A program made the position numbers and the translations under genes. From assembly GCA_966252435.1 (NCBI GenBank), contig CBINPE010000033.1, forward strand, positions 1-38,547: a stretch of DNA of 38,547 nucleotides, given 5' to 3'. Positions 1 to 8,382 of this stretch are shown here, piece after piece. This DNA comes from an uncultured Burkholderiales bacterium. GTDB taxonomy: Bacteria > Pseudomonadota > Gammaproteobacteria > Burkholderiales > Burkholderiaceae_C. Position 1 is the first letter of the stretch, and every line of letters begins with the position of its first letter. Under the pieces are notes generated by a model. That model did no database searches. It worked only from the letters and a program-made list of their open reading frames with translations, and was not told the DNA's origin.

Positions 1-1
1 G

Positions 2-1198
<1,197 letters not shown>

Positions 1199-1291
1199 GT
1201 CGTTGGCACCAGGCTGCCCGGCACCGGATCGCCAGCGCGACCATGCCGGGCGCCTGTCCGCCTGCAAGCTGTCTGCCCTCCTTCTGCTTCC

Positions 1292-2098
1292 ATGCGCGCC
1301 GATCAACTGATCGTTCAACGCGGCCTGGCGCCGACGCGTTCGGCCGCCCAGCGCCTGATCGACGCCGGTGGCGTCCACTGGCTCAGCCCGCGGGGCTGGA
1401 CCGCCCCACGCAAGGCAGGCGAGGACTTGCCCGAGTCCTGCGAACTGCGTGTCCAGGATGACGCGGAACTGCGCTACGTCTCGCGCGGGGGCCTCAAGCT
1501 GGAGTCCGCCTTGTCGCATTGCGGACTCTCGGTGCAGGGCCTGCGCTGCCTGGACGCGGGCCAGAGCACGGGCGGCTTCACCGACGTGCTGCTGCAGCAG
1601 GGCGCCGCGTGCGTGGTCGGCCTGGACGTGGGCCATGGCCAGTTGCATCCGCGCCTGCGGAGCGACCCGCGCGTGCAGTGCTTCGAGGGCGTCAACGCCC
1701 GTGACGTCACCGGCACGGCCTTCGCGGCCCAGACCGCACCGCACAGCATGGGGCTGGTCACGGGCGACCTGTCGTTCATCTCGCTCACCCTGGTGCTGCC
1801 CACGCTGGCACGCTACCTGGCACCGGGTGCGCACCTGCTGATGCTGGTCAAGCCGCAGTTCGAGCTGCAGCCTGGGCACATCGGCAAGAACGGCGTCGTG
1901 AAGCCCGACCCCGCCTTGCACGCGCAGGTGCAGGCCCGCATCGAGGCGGCACTGGCCACCCTGTCGCTGCAGCGGCGTGACTACTTCCGCAGCGCCATCC
2001 AGGGCGGCGACGGCAACACCGAGTTCTTCATCTGGGCCCAGCAGGCTGGCACGCCGGCCGACACCGTTGTTTCTTCTTCATCCCGAGGTTCGTCATGA
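1292..2098 (+). CDS. tlyA: TlyA-family RNA 2'-O-methyltransferase (S4 domain plus FtsJ-like methyltransferase), annotated as hemolysin A in many genomes
   Basis: ATG at 1292. An N-terminal S4-like segment (RADQLIVQRGLAPTRSAAQRLIDAGGV) is followed by a SAM-methyltransferase glycine motif (LDAGQSTGGFTDVLLQQGA…VGLDVGHGQL). The stop overlaps the metF start (ATGA at 2095-2098). Confidence 0.8.
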   Translation: MRADQLIVQRGLAPTRSAAQRLIDAGGVHWLSPRGWTAPRKAGEDLPESCELRVQDDAELRYVSRGGLKLESALSHCGLSVQGLRCLDAGQSTGGFTDVLLQQGAACVVGLDVGHGQLHPRLRSDPRVQCFEGVNARDVTGTAFAAQTAPHSMGLVTGDLSFISLTLVLPTLARYLAPGAHLLMLVKPQFELQPGHIGKNGVVKPDPALHAQVQARIEAALATLSLQRRDYFRSAIQGGDGNTEFFIWAQQAGTPADTVVSSSSRGSS

Positions 2099-2952
2099 GC
2101 ACATCCACCAAGGCCCTGCCGCTGAGCCTGGAGTTCTTCCCTCCCAAGACCCCCGACGGCGTGACCAAGTTCGCCGCGACACGCCAGCAGCTCTATGCGC
2201 TGCAGCCCGAGTTCTGCTCCGTCACCTACGGCGCAGGCGGCTCCACCCAGGAGGGCACCCTGTCGGCCGTGCAGGCCATCCTGTCGGAAGGCGTCGAGGC
2301 CGCGCCGCATTTCTCCTGCATCGGCGCCAGCCGCGAGTCGATCCGCGAGAAGCTGGCCCAGTTCAAGGCCGCGGGCATTCGCCGCATCGTGGCCCTGCGG
2401 GGTGACCTGCCCAGCGGCTACGGCGGCTTCGGCGAATTCCGCTATGCCAGCGACCTGGTGAGCTTCATCCGCAGCGAAACCGGCAGCCACTTCCACATCG
2501 AAGTCGCCGCCTACCCCGAGATGCATCCGCAGGCCCGCTCGCCGCAGGCCGACCTGCAGGCCTACGCGGCCAAGGTCAAGGCCGGCGCCAGCTCGGCCAT
2601 CACCCAGATGTTCTTCAACAAGGACGCCTACTTCCGCTTCGTCGACGAAGCGCGGGCGATGGGCGCCGAGGTACCCGTGGTGGCGGGCATCATGCCCATC
2701 ACCAACGCCGGCAACATCATCCGCTTCGCGGACAGCTGCGGCACCGAGATCCCGCGCTGGATGCGGTTGCGGCTGCAGGGCTTCGGCGATGACGTCGAAT
2801 CGATCAAGGCCTTTGGCCTGGACGTCATCACCGAGCTGTGTGATCAGCTGCGCACGGCGGGCGTGCCCGGCCTGCACTTCTACACCATGAACCAGAGCAC
2901 CGCCACCCTGGAGATCTGCCGCCGGCTGGGGCTGGGCCAGGGCTCTCGCTGA
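2095..2952 (+). CDS. metF: 5,10-methylenetetrahydrofolate reductase
   Basis: Full-length MetF-like translation (LSLEFFPPKT…, HFSCIGASRE…, VALRGDLP…). Translationally coupled to the upstream gene. Confidence 0.92.
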   Translation: MSTSTKALPLSLEFFPPKTPDGVTKFAATRQQLYALQPEFCSVTYGAGGSTQEGTLSAVQAILSEGVEAAPHFSCIGASRESIREKLAQFKAAGIRRIVALRGDLPSGYGGFGEFRYASDLVSFIRSETGSHFHIEVAAYPEMHPQARSPQADLQAYAAKVKAGASSAITQMFFNKDAYFRFVDEARAMGAEVPVVAGIMPITNAGNIIRFADSCGTEIPRWMRLRLQGFGDDVESIKAFGLDVITELCDQLRTAGVPGLHFYTMNQSTATLEICRRLGLGQGSR

Positions 2953-3079
2953 AGTTCACGCGCCGTGCGCGCAGAAGAGGACCCCACAAGACAAGGCCCC
3001 CGACGAGGGGGCCTTGGCGGCATCTTGAGCGATGCGGAGGGAGCCATCGCTCGCGTGTGCGAGAGGGGCCAACCCTGGA

Positions 3080-3111
3080 CGCCAAAGCGTGAGAATTCTC
3101 ATGCTTTGGCG
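3080..3111 (+). terminator. 32-bp near-perfect palindrome (cgccaaagcgtgagaattctcatgctttggcg) followed by tcttattgc; probable intrinsic terminator for metF, possibly bidirectional
   Basis: Read directly. The reverse complement is identical except for one G/T position, and the palindrome is centred on GAATTC. A T-rich tract follows on the plus strand. Confidence 0.5.
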
Positions 3112-3141
3112 TCTTATTGCATGTCTATGCAATGAATTGCA

Positions 3142-3306
3142 TCACAGGCGACGCACGCCCAGTTTGCGCAACAGCTTGAGGTATTGCAGCTGGGCGTGGA
3201 GCCGTTCCATTTCCTGGCGCAATTCAAGCAGCGCGCGGGCTGTGGCTTCGAAAGGGGTGCCTTGGGGCACCGGGAGGGGATTGGAGGGAGTGGAAGGAGT
3301 GTTCAT
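3142..3306 (-). CDS. Hypothetical small protein (54 aa; MNTPSTPSNPLPVPQGTPFEATARALLELRQEMERLHAQLQYLKLLRKLGVRRL)
   Basis: ATG (complement of 3304-3306) to TGA (complement of 3142-3144). It is too short for the supplied ORF track. The C-terminal half is predicted amphipathic helix. There is no clear Shine-Dalgarno. Confidence 0.25.
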   Translation of the reverse strand: MNTPSTPSNPLPVPQGTPFEATARALLELRQEMERLHAQLQYLKLLRKLGVRRL

Positions 3307-3453
3307 TGGAACGAGTCACATACGCTGCAATAGATCGCATCGTCTCGTCGCCATGCCCCAGGGTCAACCCCTCGAATAGGGTGAGCACCGCAGCAAAGTT
3401 GTAGCAATTCGCAACCAGGTTTTCAGGGCCTCGGTTCGCGCGAGTGGAAGCAT

Positions 3454-4020
3454 TCACTCGCGTTGCCAGCTCACGCCGTCATCCGTGATCAATGCATCCA
3501 AGGGGTGGTCGTCAGGTTCGGCACGCAGCAAGGGCAGGAAGCCGTTGGAGTAGCACAGGCCCACCGTGAGAGGACGTGGCTGCATGGCCTGCACGGTGCG
3601 GTCGTAGAAGCCTCCGCCATAACCCAGGCGCACGCCGGCCGGTCCGTAACCCACGCAAGGCAGGAGCAGCATGTCAGGCTGGAAGGCCTCGGTGCCCTTC
3701 GGCTTGGGAATGTCGAAAGCGTCCAACTCGGTGGGACAGCCCGGGTACCACACGTGGAACTGCAGCGAGCCCGTGGCCTTGTCCACCACGGGCAGGCCGA
3801 TGCGGCGATCGGAGGCAGCCTCGGACCAGCGGTACAAGGCCGGCAGCGGATCGAACTCGCCCTTGATCGGCCAGTAGGCCCCGATGGCTTTTTCGCGCCG
3901 CCCGGCCAGCCACACACGCAGCACACTTTGCAGCTGCACGGCGCGCTCCAGACGATCGGGCAGCCCCAGGCGGGCCGCGATGAGTTTGGTTCTGATGGCT
4001 TCTCTATCCGTGGTTGACAT
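3454..4020 (-). CDS. 5-formyltetrahydrofolate cyclo-ligase (MTHFS family), paralog 1
   Basis: Start chosen at the internal Met (MSTTDREAIRTKLIAARL…; complement of 4018-4020). Signature LGYGGGFYDRT and IGAYWPIKGEFD are present. Adjacent to folate gene metF. Confidence 0.8.
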   Translation of the reverse strand: MSTTDREAIRTKLIAARLGLPDRLERAVQLQSVLRVWLAGRREKAIGAYWPIKGEFDPLPALYRWSEAASDRRIGLPVVDKATGSLQFHVWYPGCPTELDAFDIPKPKGTEAFQPDMLLLPCVGYGPAGVRLGYGGGFYDRTVQAMQPRPLTVGLCYSNGFLPLLRAEPDDHPLDALITDDGVSWQRE

Positions 4021-4101
4021 GTGTGCGTTCTCCAAGATCAGGGGTGGATCCGGGACAGCGACCCTCGGGGAGGCATTGTGCGACAGCGCAATGCCTCGCA
4101 C

Positions 4102-5502
4102 TCACGCTGGCAACGCGGGGAAGATCTTGCCCGGGTTCATGAGGTCGTGAGGGTCGAGGGCACGCTTGACCGCTCGCATCATCGCCACCCCTTCCTCACC
4201 CACTTCTTGCTGCAGGAACGCCATCTTGTGCAGCCCGATGCCGTGCTCGCCGGTGCAGGTGCCCTCCAGGCGCAGCGCTCGCGCCACCAGGGCCTGGTTG
4301 AGGCGTTCGGCCACTTCGCGCTCGGCGGGTTTGTGCGGATCGATCAGGTAGCACATGTGGAAGTTGCCGTCTCCGACATGGCCGACGATGTAGTACGGCA
4401 GGCCGCTCGCCTCGGCCTCGGCCACCGACGCCAGGAGGCACTCGGCCAGGCGCGAGATCGGAACACAGGCATCGGTGGTGATGCAGCGACAGCCAGGCCG
4501 CATCTGCAACGCCGACAGGAAGGCATGGTGGCGCGCCTTCCACAGACGCTGTCGGTCTTCCGGGTGGGTGGCCCATTCGAAGCCGCGGCCGCCCTGCTCC
4601 ACGGCCAGCTGCTGCACCAGCTCGGTCTGCTCAGCCACCGCAGCAGTGCTGCCATGGAACTCCATCAGCAACAGGGGCGTCTCCGCCAGGCCAAGGTGAT
4701 CGTGCTGGTTGACGGCGCGCACCGCATTCGCATCGAGCAGCTCGCAGCGCGCCACGGGCACACCGACCTGGATCAGCGCGATGGTGGTGCGCACCGCCGC
4801 CTCCACCGAAGGGAAACTGCAGACGGCTGCCGTGATGGCTTCGGGCTGCGGGTACAGGCGCAGCGTCACTTCGGTGATGATGCCCAGCGTGCCCTCGCTG
4901 CCCACGAACAGGCGCGTGAGATCGTAGCCGGCCGCCGACTTGCGGGCCCGTGTGCCGGTGCGGATCACCTCGCCTTGCGCGCTCACCACCGTCAGCCCCA
5001 GCACGTTCTCGCGCATGGTGCCGTAGCGCACGGCATTCGTCCCGCTGGCACGTGTGGCGCACATGCCGCCCAGGCTGGCATTCGCACCCGGATCCACAGG
5101 AAAGAACAGGCCGGTGTGGCGCAGCGCCTCGTTCAACTGCAGGCGCGTCACGCCCGCCTGCACTGTCACGCTCAGGTCTTCGGGATGCAAGGCCACGATC
5201 TTGTTCATGCGTCCCAGGTCGACGCTGACACCTCCCCGCACGGCCAGCACATGACCCTCCAGCGAGGAACCGGTGCCAAAAGGAATGAGAGGGACCTGGT
5301 GCGTTGCGGCCCAGCGCGCCAGTGCCACGGCCTCTTCGGTGGACTCGCAGAAGACCACCGCGTCGGGCGGTGCCATGTCGAAAGGCGACTCGTCGCGCCC
5401 GTGCTGCTCGCGGACCGCGGGCGCCGTGCTGCACCGTTCGCCGAACAAGCCACGCAGAGCGTGCAGGGCCTGCGGCGTCCAGGGGGATTGGGGAAGTGTC
5501 AT
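4102..5502 (-). CDS. FAD-binding oxidase, GlcD / D-lactate dehydrogenase (cytochrome)-like
   Basis: FAD-binding PCMH-type region (VVFCESTEEAVALARWAATHQVPLIPFGTGSSLEGH). C-terminal …HVGDGNFH…GTCTGEHGIGL… is typical of the GlcD/DLD family. Start set at MTLPQSPW (complement of 5500-5502); the longer ORF reaches 5586. Confidence 0.85.
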   Translation of the reverse strand: MTLPQSPWTPQALHALRGLFGERCSTAPAVREQHGRDESPFDMAPPDAVVFCESTEEAVALARWAATHQVPLIPFGTGSSLEGHVLAVRGGVSVDLGRMNKIVALHPEDLSVTVQAGVTRLQLNEALRHTGLFFPVDPGANASLGGMCATRASGTNAVRYGTMRENVLGLTVVSAQGEVIRTGTRARKSAAGYDLTRLFVGSEGTLGIITEVTLRLYPQPEAITAAVCSFPSVEAAVRTTIALIQVGVPVARCELLDANAVRAVNQHDHLGLAETPLLLMEFHGSTAAVAEQTELVQQLAVEQGGRGFEWATHPEDRQRLWKARHHAFLSALQMRPGCRCITTDACVPISRLAECLLASVAEAEASGLPYYIVGHVGDGNFHMCYLIDPHKPAEREVAERLNQALVARALRLEGTCTGEHGIGLHKMAFLQQEVGEEGVAMMRAVKRALDPHDLMNPGKIFPALPA

Positions 5503-5705
5503 GGCCTCGCGCCCTCGCTGCTGCAACGTCGGCATTCTGCCGCTGGCCCATGTATCGATCGAGGTGATGGTTTCCGAACCGCTCACACCAGCAACACTTC
5601 TTTACCTCCTGCGCGTCGGCCCGCAGCACGGATGTGGCGTTGGAAGGTGGCGTGACGAACGCCACGTTTCTCTCTCAACCAACCACTCGAAATAAGGTAC
5701 TGAAC

Positions 5706-6059
5706 ATGCTGAACATCAAGACGCTCGTGAGCACCGGCCTGGCCCTGATCTGTGTTGCAGGCATCGCGCAAGCGGCCACCCCCGCCAAGGCAACCGCCAC
5801 GCCGGCCGCTCAAACCGAGGTGCAGCCTGCCAAGGCCGCCGCTGCCGATGCCACTACCGCCGGCGCGCAAGATGTGAAGACCACCGATTCTGCAAAGCCG
5901 GCCAAACCCGCCAAGCCTGCCCAGGCCAAGCACAAGGCCGAAGGCGAGACGCCCGTGGGCCTGAAGACCACGCCGGCGGATGCCAAGTCCAAGCCCGCCG
6001 CTGCGCCGGGCGCCACGACCGCCACGCCTGCGGCCGACGCAACCAAGGCCACCCAGTGA
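5706..6059 (+). CDS. Small secreted low-complexity Ala/Lys/Pro/Thr-rich protein (hypothetical)
   Basis: ATG at 5706 gives a Sec-type signal peptide (MLNIKTLVSTGLALICVAGIAQA). A roughly 95-aa tail follows, rich in A, K, P, T with repeated PAKPAKPAQAK. A strong terminator lies downstream. Confidence 0.55.
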   Translation: MLNIKTLVSTGLALICVAGIAQAATPAKATATPAAQTEVQPAKAAAADATTAGAQDVKTTDSAKPAKPAKPAQAKHKAEGETPVGLKTTPADAKSKPAAAPGATTATPAADATKATQ

Positions 6060-6100
6060 GGCAAGTCACGCCCCCACGGGCGTTGAGATGACTGTCGCGC

Positions 6101-6150
6101 AAGGCCGGGGCATCCGCCCCGGCCTTGGCGCGTTTCCGTTTTCCGTTGTT
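6101..6150 (+). terminator. Rho-independent terminator (10-bp GC stem aaggccgggg/ccccggcctt followed by a T-rich tract)
   Basis: Read directly: stem 6101-6110 / 6117-6126, loop catccg, then ggcgcgtttccgttttccgttgtt. Confidence 0.7.
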
Positions 6151-6227
6151 GTCCGTGGTTGGAAGGATGGGGGCGTTCACGCCGGCTGCCGGCGGCCCCA
6201 TCCCGCTCAACGCCGATAAGGCACTTC

Positions 6228-6596
6228 TCAGGCCCGCACACCCCCGATGGGCACGCTGCGCGGCACCTGACGCGCGAGCCAGCGCAGACCGCGCCGCAGC
6301 ACACGGCTTGCGGTCAGGGGCGGCTCCAGCAGCTCGAAGCGGGCCTCGGGCCAGCCCTCGATCACCACCTGGCAACCGGCCGGCAGGAACACCCGCTCGC
6401 CGGCGGACACCCAGATGTCCGAGGGCAGGAGACTGTTGCCGCGACGCGCGGTCAGCGTCAGCCAAGCGCGGCCCTCTCTCACCTTGAACTCACGCCCCCC
6501 CCTGCCGATGCGCAGGGTGATGGCCTCGCCGGCCGGCAGGGACCAGACCGAAGACGCATCAGACTGTTGCATATTTCTCATCAATTGGGTTTCCAT
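6228..6596 (-). CDS. DUF2917-like small protein (hypothetical)
   Basis: ATG (complement of 6594-6596) preceded by AAGGAAAG. 122 aa with a recurring W/G pattern (…REGRAWLTL…VIEGWPEARF…) that I recall from DUF2917 proteins, which usually sit divergent to a LysR gene, as here. Confidence 0.55.
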   Translation of the reverse strand: METQLMRNMQQSDASSVWSLPAGEAITLRIGRGGREFKVREGRAWLTLTARRGNSLLPSDIWVSAGERVFLPAGCQVVIEGWPEARFELLEPPLTASRVLRRGLRWLARQVPRSVPIGGVRA

Positions 6597-6631
6597 GGCG
6601 CTTTCCTTTGACTGACTGGACGTGCAGCTTA

Positions 6632-6645
6632 ATTAACGATGTAAT
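6632..6645. promoter_or_regulatory. Candidate LysR-type binding site (T-N11-A dyad ATTAACGATGTAAT) in the divergent intergenic region
   Basis: Palindromic ATTA…TAAT read directly, between divergent genes 6228-6596(-) and 6685-7752(+). Confidence 0.35.
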
Positions 6646-6684
6646 GCGCTGTCCAATGAGATCGCCGCGATAAATTGATTCAGT

Positions 6685-7752
6685 TTGGTCATGAGTTCAG
6701 CGCCCCAGCCCGCCCGCCAGCGTCCTCTTTCCGTCGGTCCCCTGCGCGCTTTCGAGTGCGTGGCCCGGCTGCTCAGCTTCCGTGCCGCCGCGGAGGAGCT
6801 TCACCTCACCCAGTCGGCCATCAGCCGCCAGATCCAGGCGCTGGAGGAAGAACTCGGGGCGAGCCTGTTCTCGCGCGGCACGCGGCACGTCGAACTCACG
6901 CAGGACGGGGCCATCCTGCTGCGGGCCGTCGCACCCTGGCTGGACCGCCTCGACGCCAGCGTGCGGCAGATCCGGCATGCCAAGGGGCGCCGCGTGGTCA
7001 GTGTCAGCACCTTCGCCTCTTTCGCCTCGCTGTGGCTGATCCCGCAGCTGGGCGAGTTCCAGCGCCAGCATCCCGACATCGACATCCGCATCTCGGCCAA
7101 TGACACGCTGGTCGACCTGGAGGCCAACGATGTCGATGTCGACCTCGTGCTGCGCTACGCCAGTGCGCAGCAGGTGCCCAGCGGGGCGCAGCATCTGTTC
7201 GGCGAGGTGCTGACGCCCGTCATCAGCCCATGGCGGCAGGCCCGCATCGATTCGGGCGACATCCCGCCCCTGAAGCAGTTCCAGGACCTGACGCAGCACA
7301 CCCTCGTGGAAGAAGAGGACTGCGGCAACAACAGCGCCTATTTCTCGAGCTGGCGCTGCTGGCTCGAACACGTGGGGCAGCCGCAGCTGCAGCCCAGGCG
7401 CTGGCTCTTCCTCAACTACACGCACCAGCAGGTGCAGGCTGCCCTGGCCGGGCAGGCGGTGGCGCTGGCCCGCATGGCGCTGGTGTCGGACCTGATGGAG
7501 CGCGGTGAATTGCTCGAGCCCTTCGGGTCCCAGCACCGCATCACGAGCCCCTACGCCTACTGGCTGGCGGTGGCGCCGCACAGCCGCGAGCGCTCGGAGG
7601 TGCAGGAGTTCGGCCAGTGGGTGATGGCGCGCGCCGAGCAGACCCGCCAGCGCATGGGCCTGGTGCCCACGGTGGCGGGACCCGCCCAGACGGACACCGG
7701 GGCGCCCCGGTCTTCCGCCCTCAATCGCAGGCGACCACGCCGTGCTCAGTGA
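6685..7752 (+). CDS. LysR-family transcriptional regulator
   Basis: N-terminal HTH (LRAFECVARLLSFRAAAEELHLTQSAISRQIQALEEELGASLFSRGTRHVELTQDG) followed by a LysR substrate-binding domain. Confidence 0.88.
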   Translation: MVMSSAPQPARQRPLSVGPLRAFECVARLLSFRAAAEELHLTQSAISRQIQALEEELGASLFSRGTRHVELTQDGAILLRAVAPWLDRLDASVRQIRHAKGRRVVSVSTFASFASLWLIPQLGEFQRQHPDIDIRISANDTLVDLEANDVDVDLVLRYASAQQVPSGAQHLFGEVLTPVISPWRQARIDSGDIPPLKQFQDLTQHTLVEEEDCGNNSAYFSSWRCWLEHVGQPQLQPRRWLFLNYTHQQVQAALAGQAVALARMALVSDLMERGELLEPFGSQHRITSPYAYWLAVAPHSRERSEVQEFGQWVMARAEQTRQRMGLVPTVAGPAQTDTGAPRSSALNRRRPRRAQ

Positions 7753-8350
7753 CTATCAGCATCAGCGGCTGGTCGTGCGCCTGCGGCGCCCATTCGCCCT
7801 GGGGCAGCTCGCAGAACGACCAGGCCACCCCCACGGTGGTGACATGCGGATGCCCCGCCAGCCAGCGGTCGAAGTAGCCGGCGCCGTAACCCAGCCGGTG
7901 CCCCGAGCGCGTGAAGCCGACGCAGGGCACCAGCACCACGTCGGGCACGACAGGCGCACCGTCCACGCAAGGGATCCCGCACTCGTCGCGCAGGGTGGGC
8001 TCACCGCCCGTCCAGGTGCGGTAATGCATCCGGGGCGGCTGACGCTGGGCGAAAGGCAAGGCCCAAGCTTGAACAGGCCCATCCGGGGCCCCGGCCGCCT
8101 GCCGGTAAAGCAGGGGCGCGTTAAATTCGCCACGGATCGGCCAGTACAGGCCGAGGGACTGGGGCTCGAGCTGGCGCAGGAGCAACTGCAGACAATCTGC
8201 CAAAGCAGCCTGGGCCGTCGCAAAATCGGGGTGGCCGGCAAACGCTTCACGGCGTGCCAGCAGGGTGCGGCGCCAGTGCGCATGCGAGGCGCCCTCCCCG
8301 TCGGGAACGACAAGCGCAGCAGGAGTGGGTGGAGGGGTCTCGGCAGTCAA
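7721..8350 (-). CDS. 5-formyltetrahydrofolate cyclo-ligase (MTHFS family), paralog 2; start uncertain
   Basis: Signature GYGAGYFDRWL and LGLYWPIRGEFN are present. The longest ORF starts at 8482, but that would overlap the slt start on the other strand. The only nearer canonical start is the TTG at 8350, so the 5' end is given with low confidence. The 3' end overlaps the convergent LysR gene by about 30 nt. Confidence 0.7.
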   Translation of the reverse strand: MTAETPPPTPAALVVPDGEGASHAHWRRTLLARREAFAGHPDFATAQAALADCLQLLLRQLEPQSLGLYWPIRGEFNAPLLYRQAAGAPDGPVQAWALPFAQRQPPRMHYRTWTGGEPTLRDECGIPCVDGAPVVPDVVLVPCVGFTRSGHRLGYGAGYFDRWLAGHPHVTTVGVAWSFCELPQGEWAPQAHDQPLMLIVTEHGVVACD

Positions 8351-8382
8351 GTTCAGGACATTCAGTGACAGGTGCAAGCAAC

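Noticed and set aside
4021-5655. 544-aa plus-strand ORF
   Set aside because: It is entirely antisense to the well-supported GlcD-like FAD oxidase gene. It has Arg/Gly/Ala/His-rich composition and no domain signatures. This is a typical high-GC antisense artefact.
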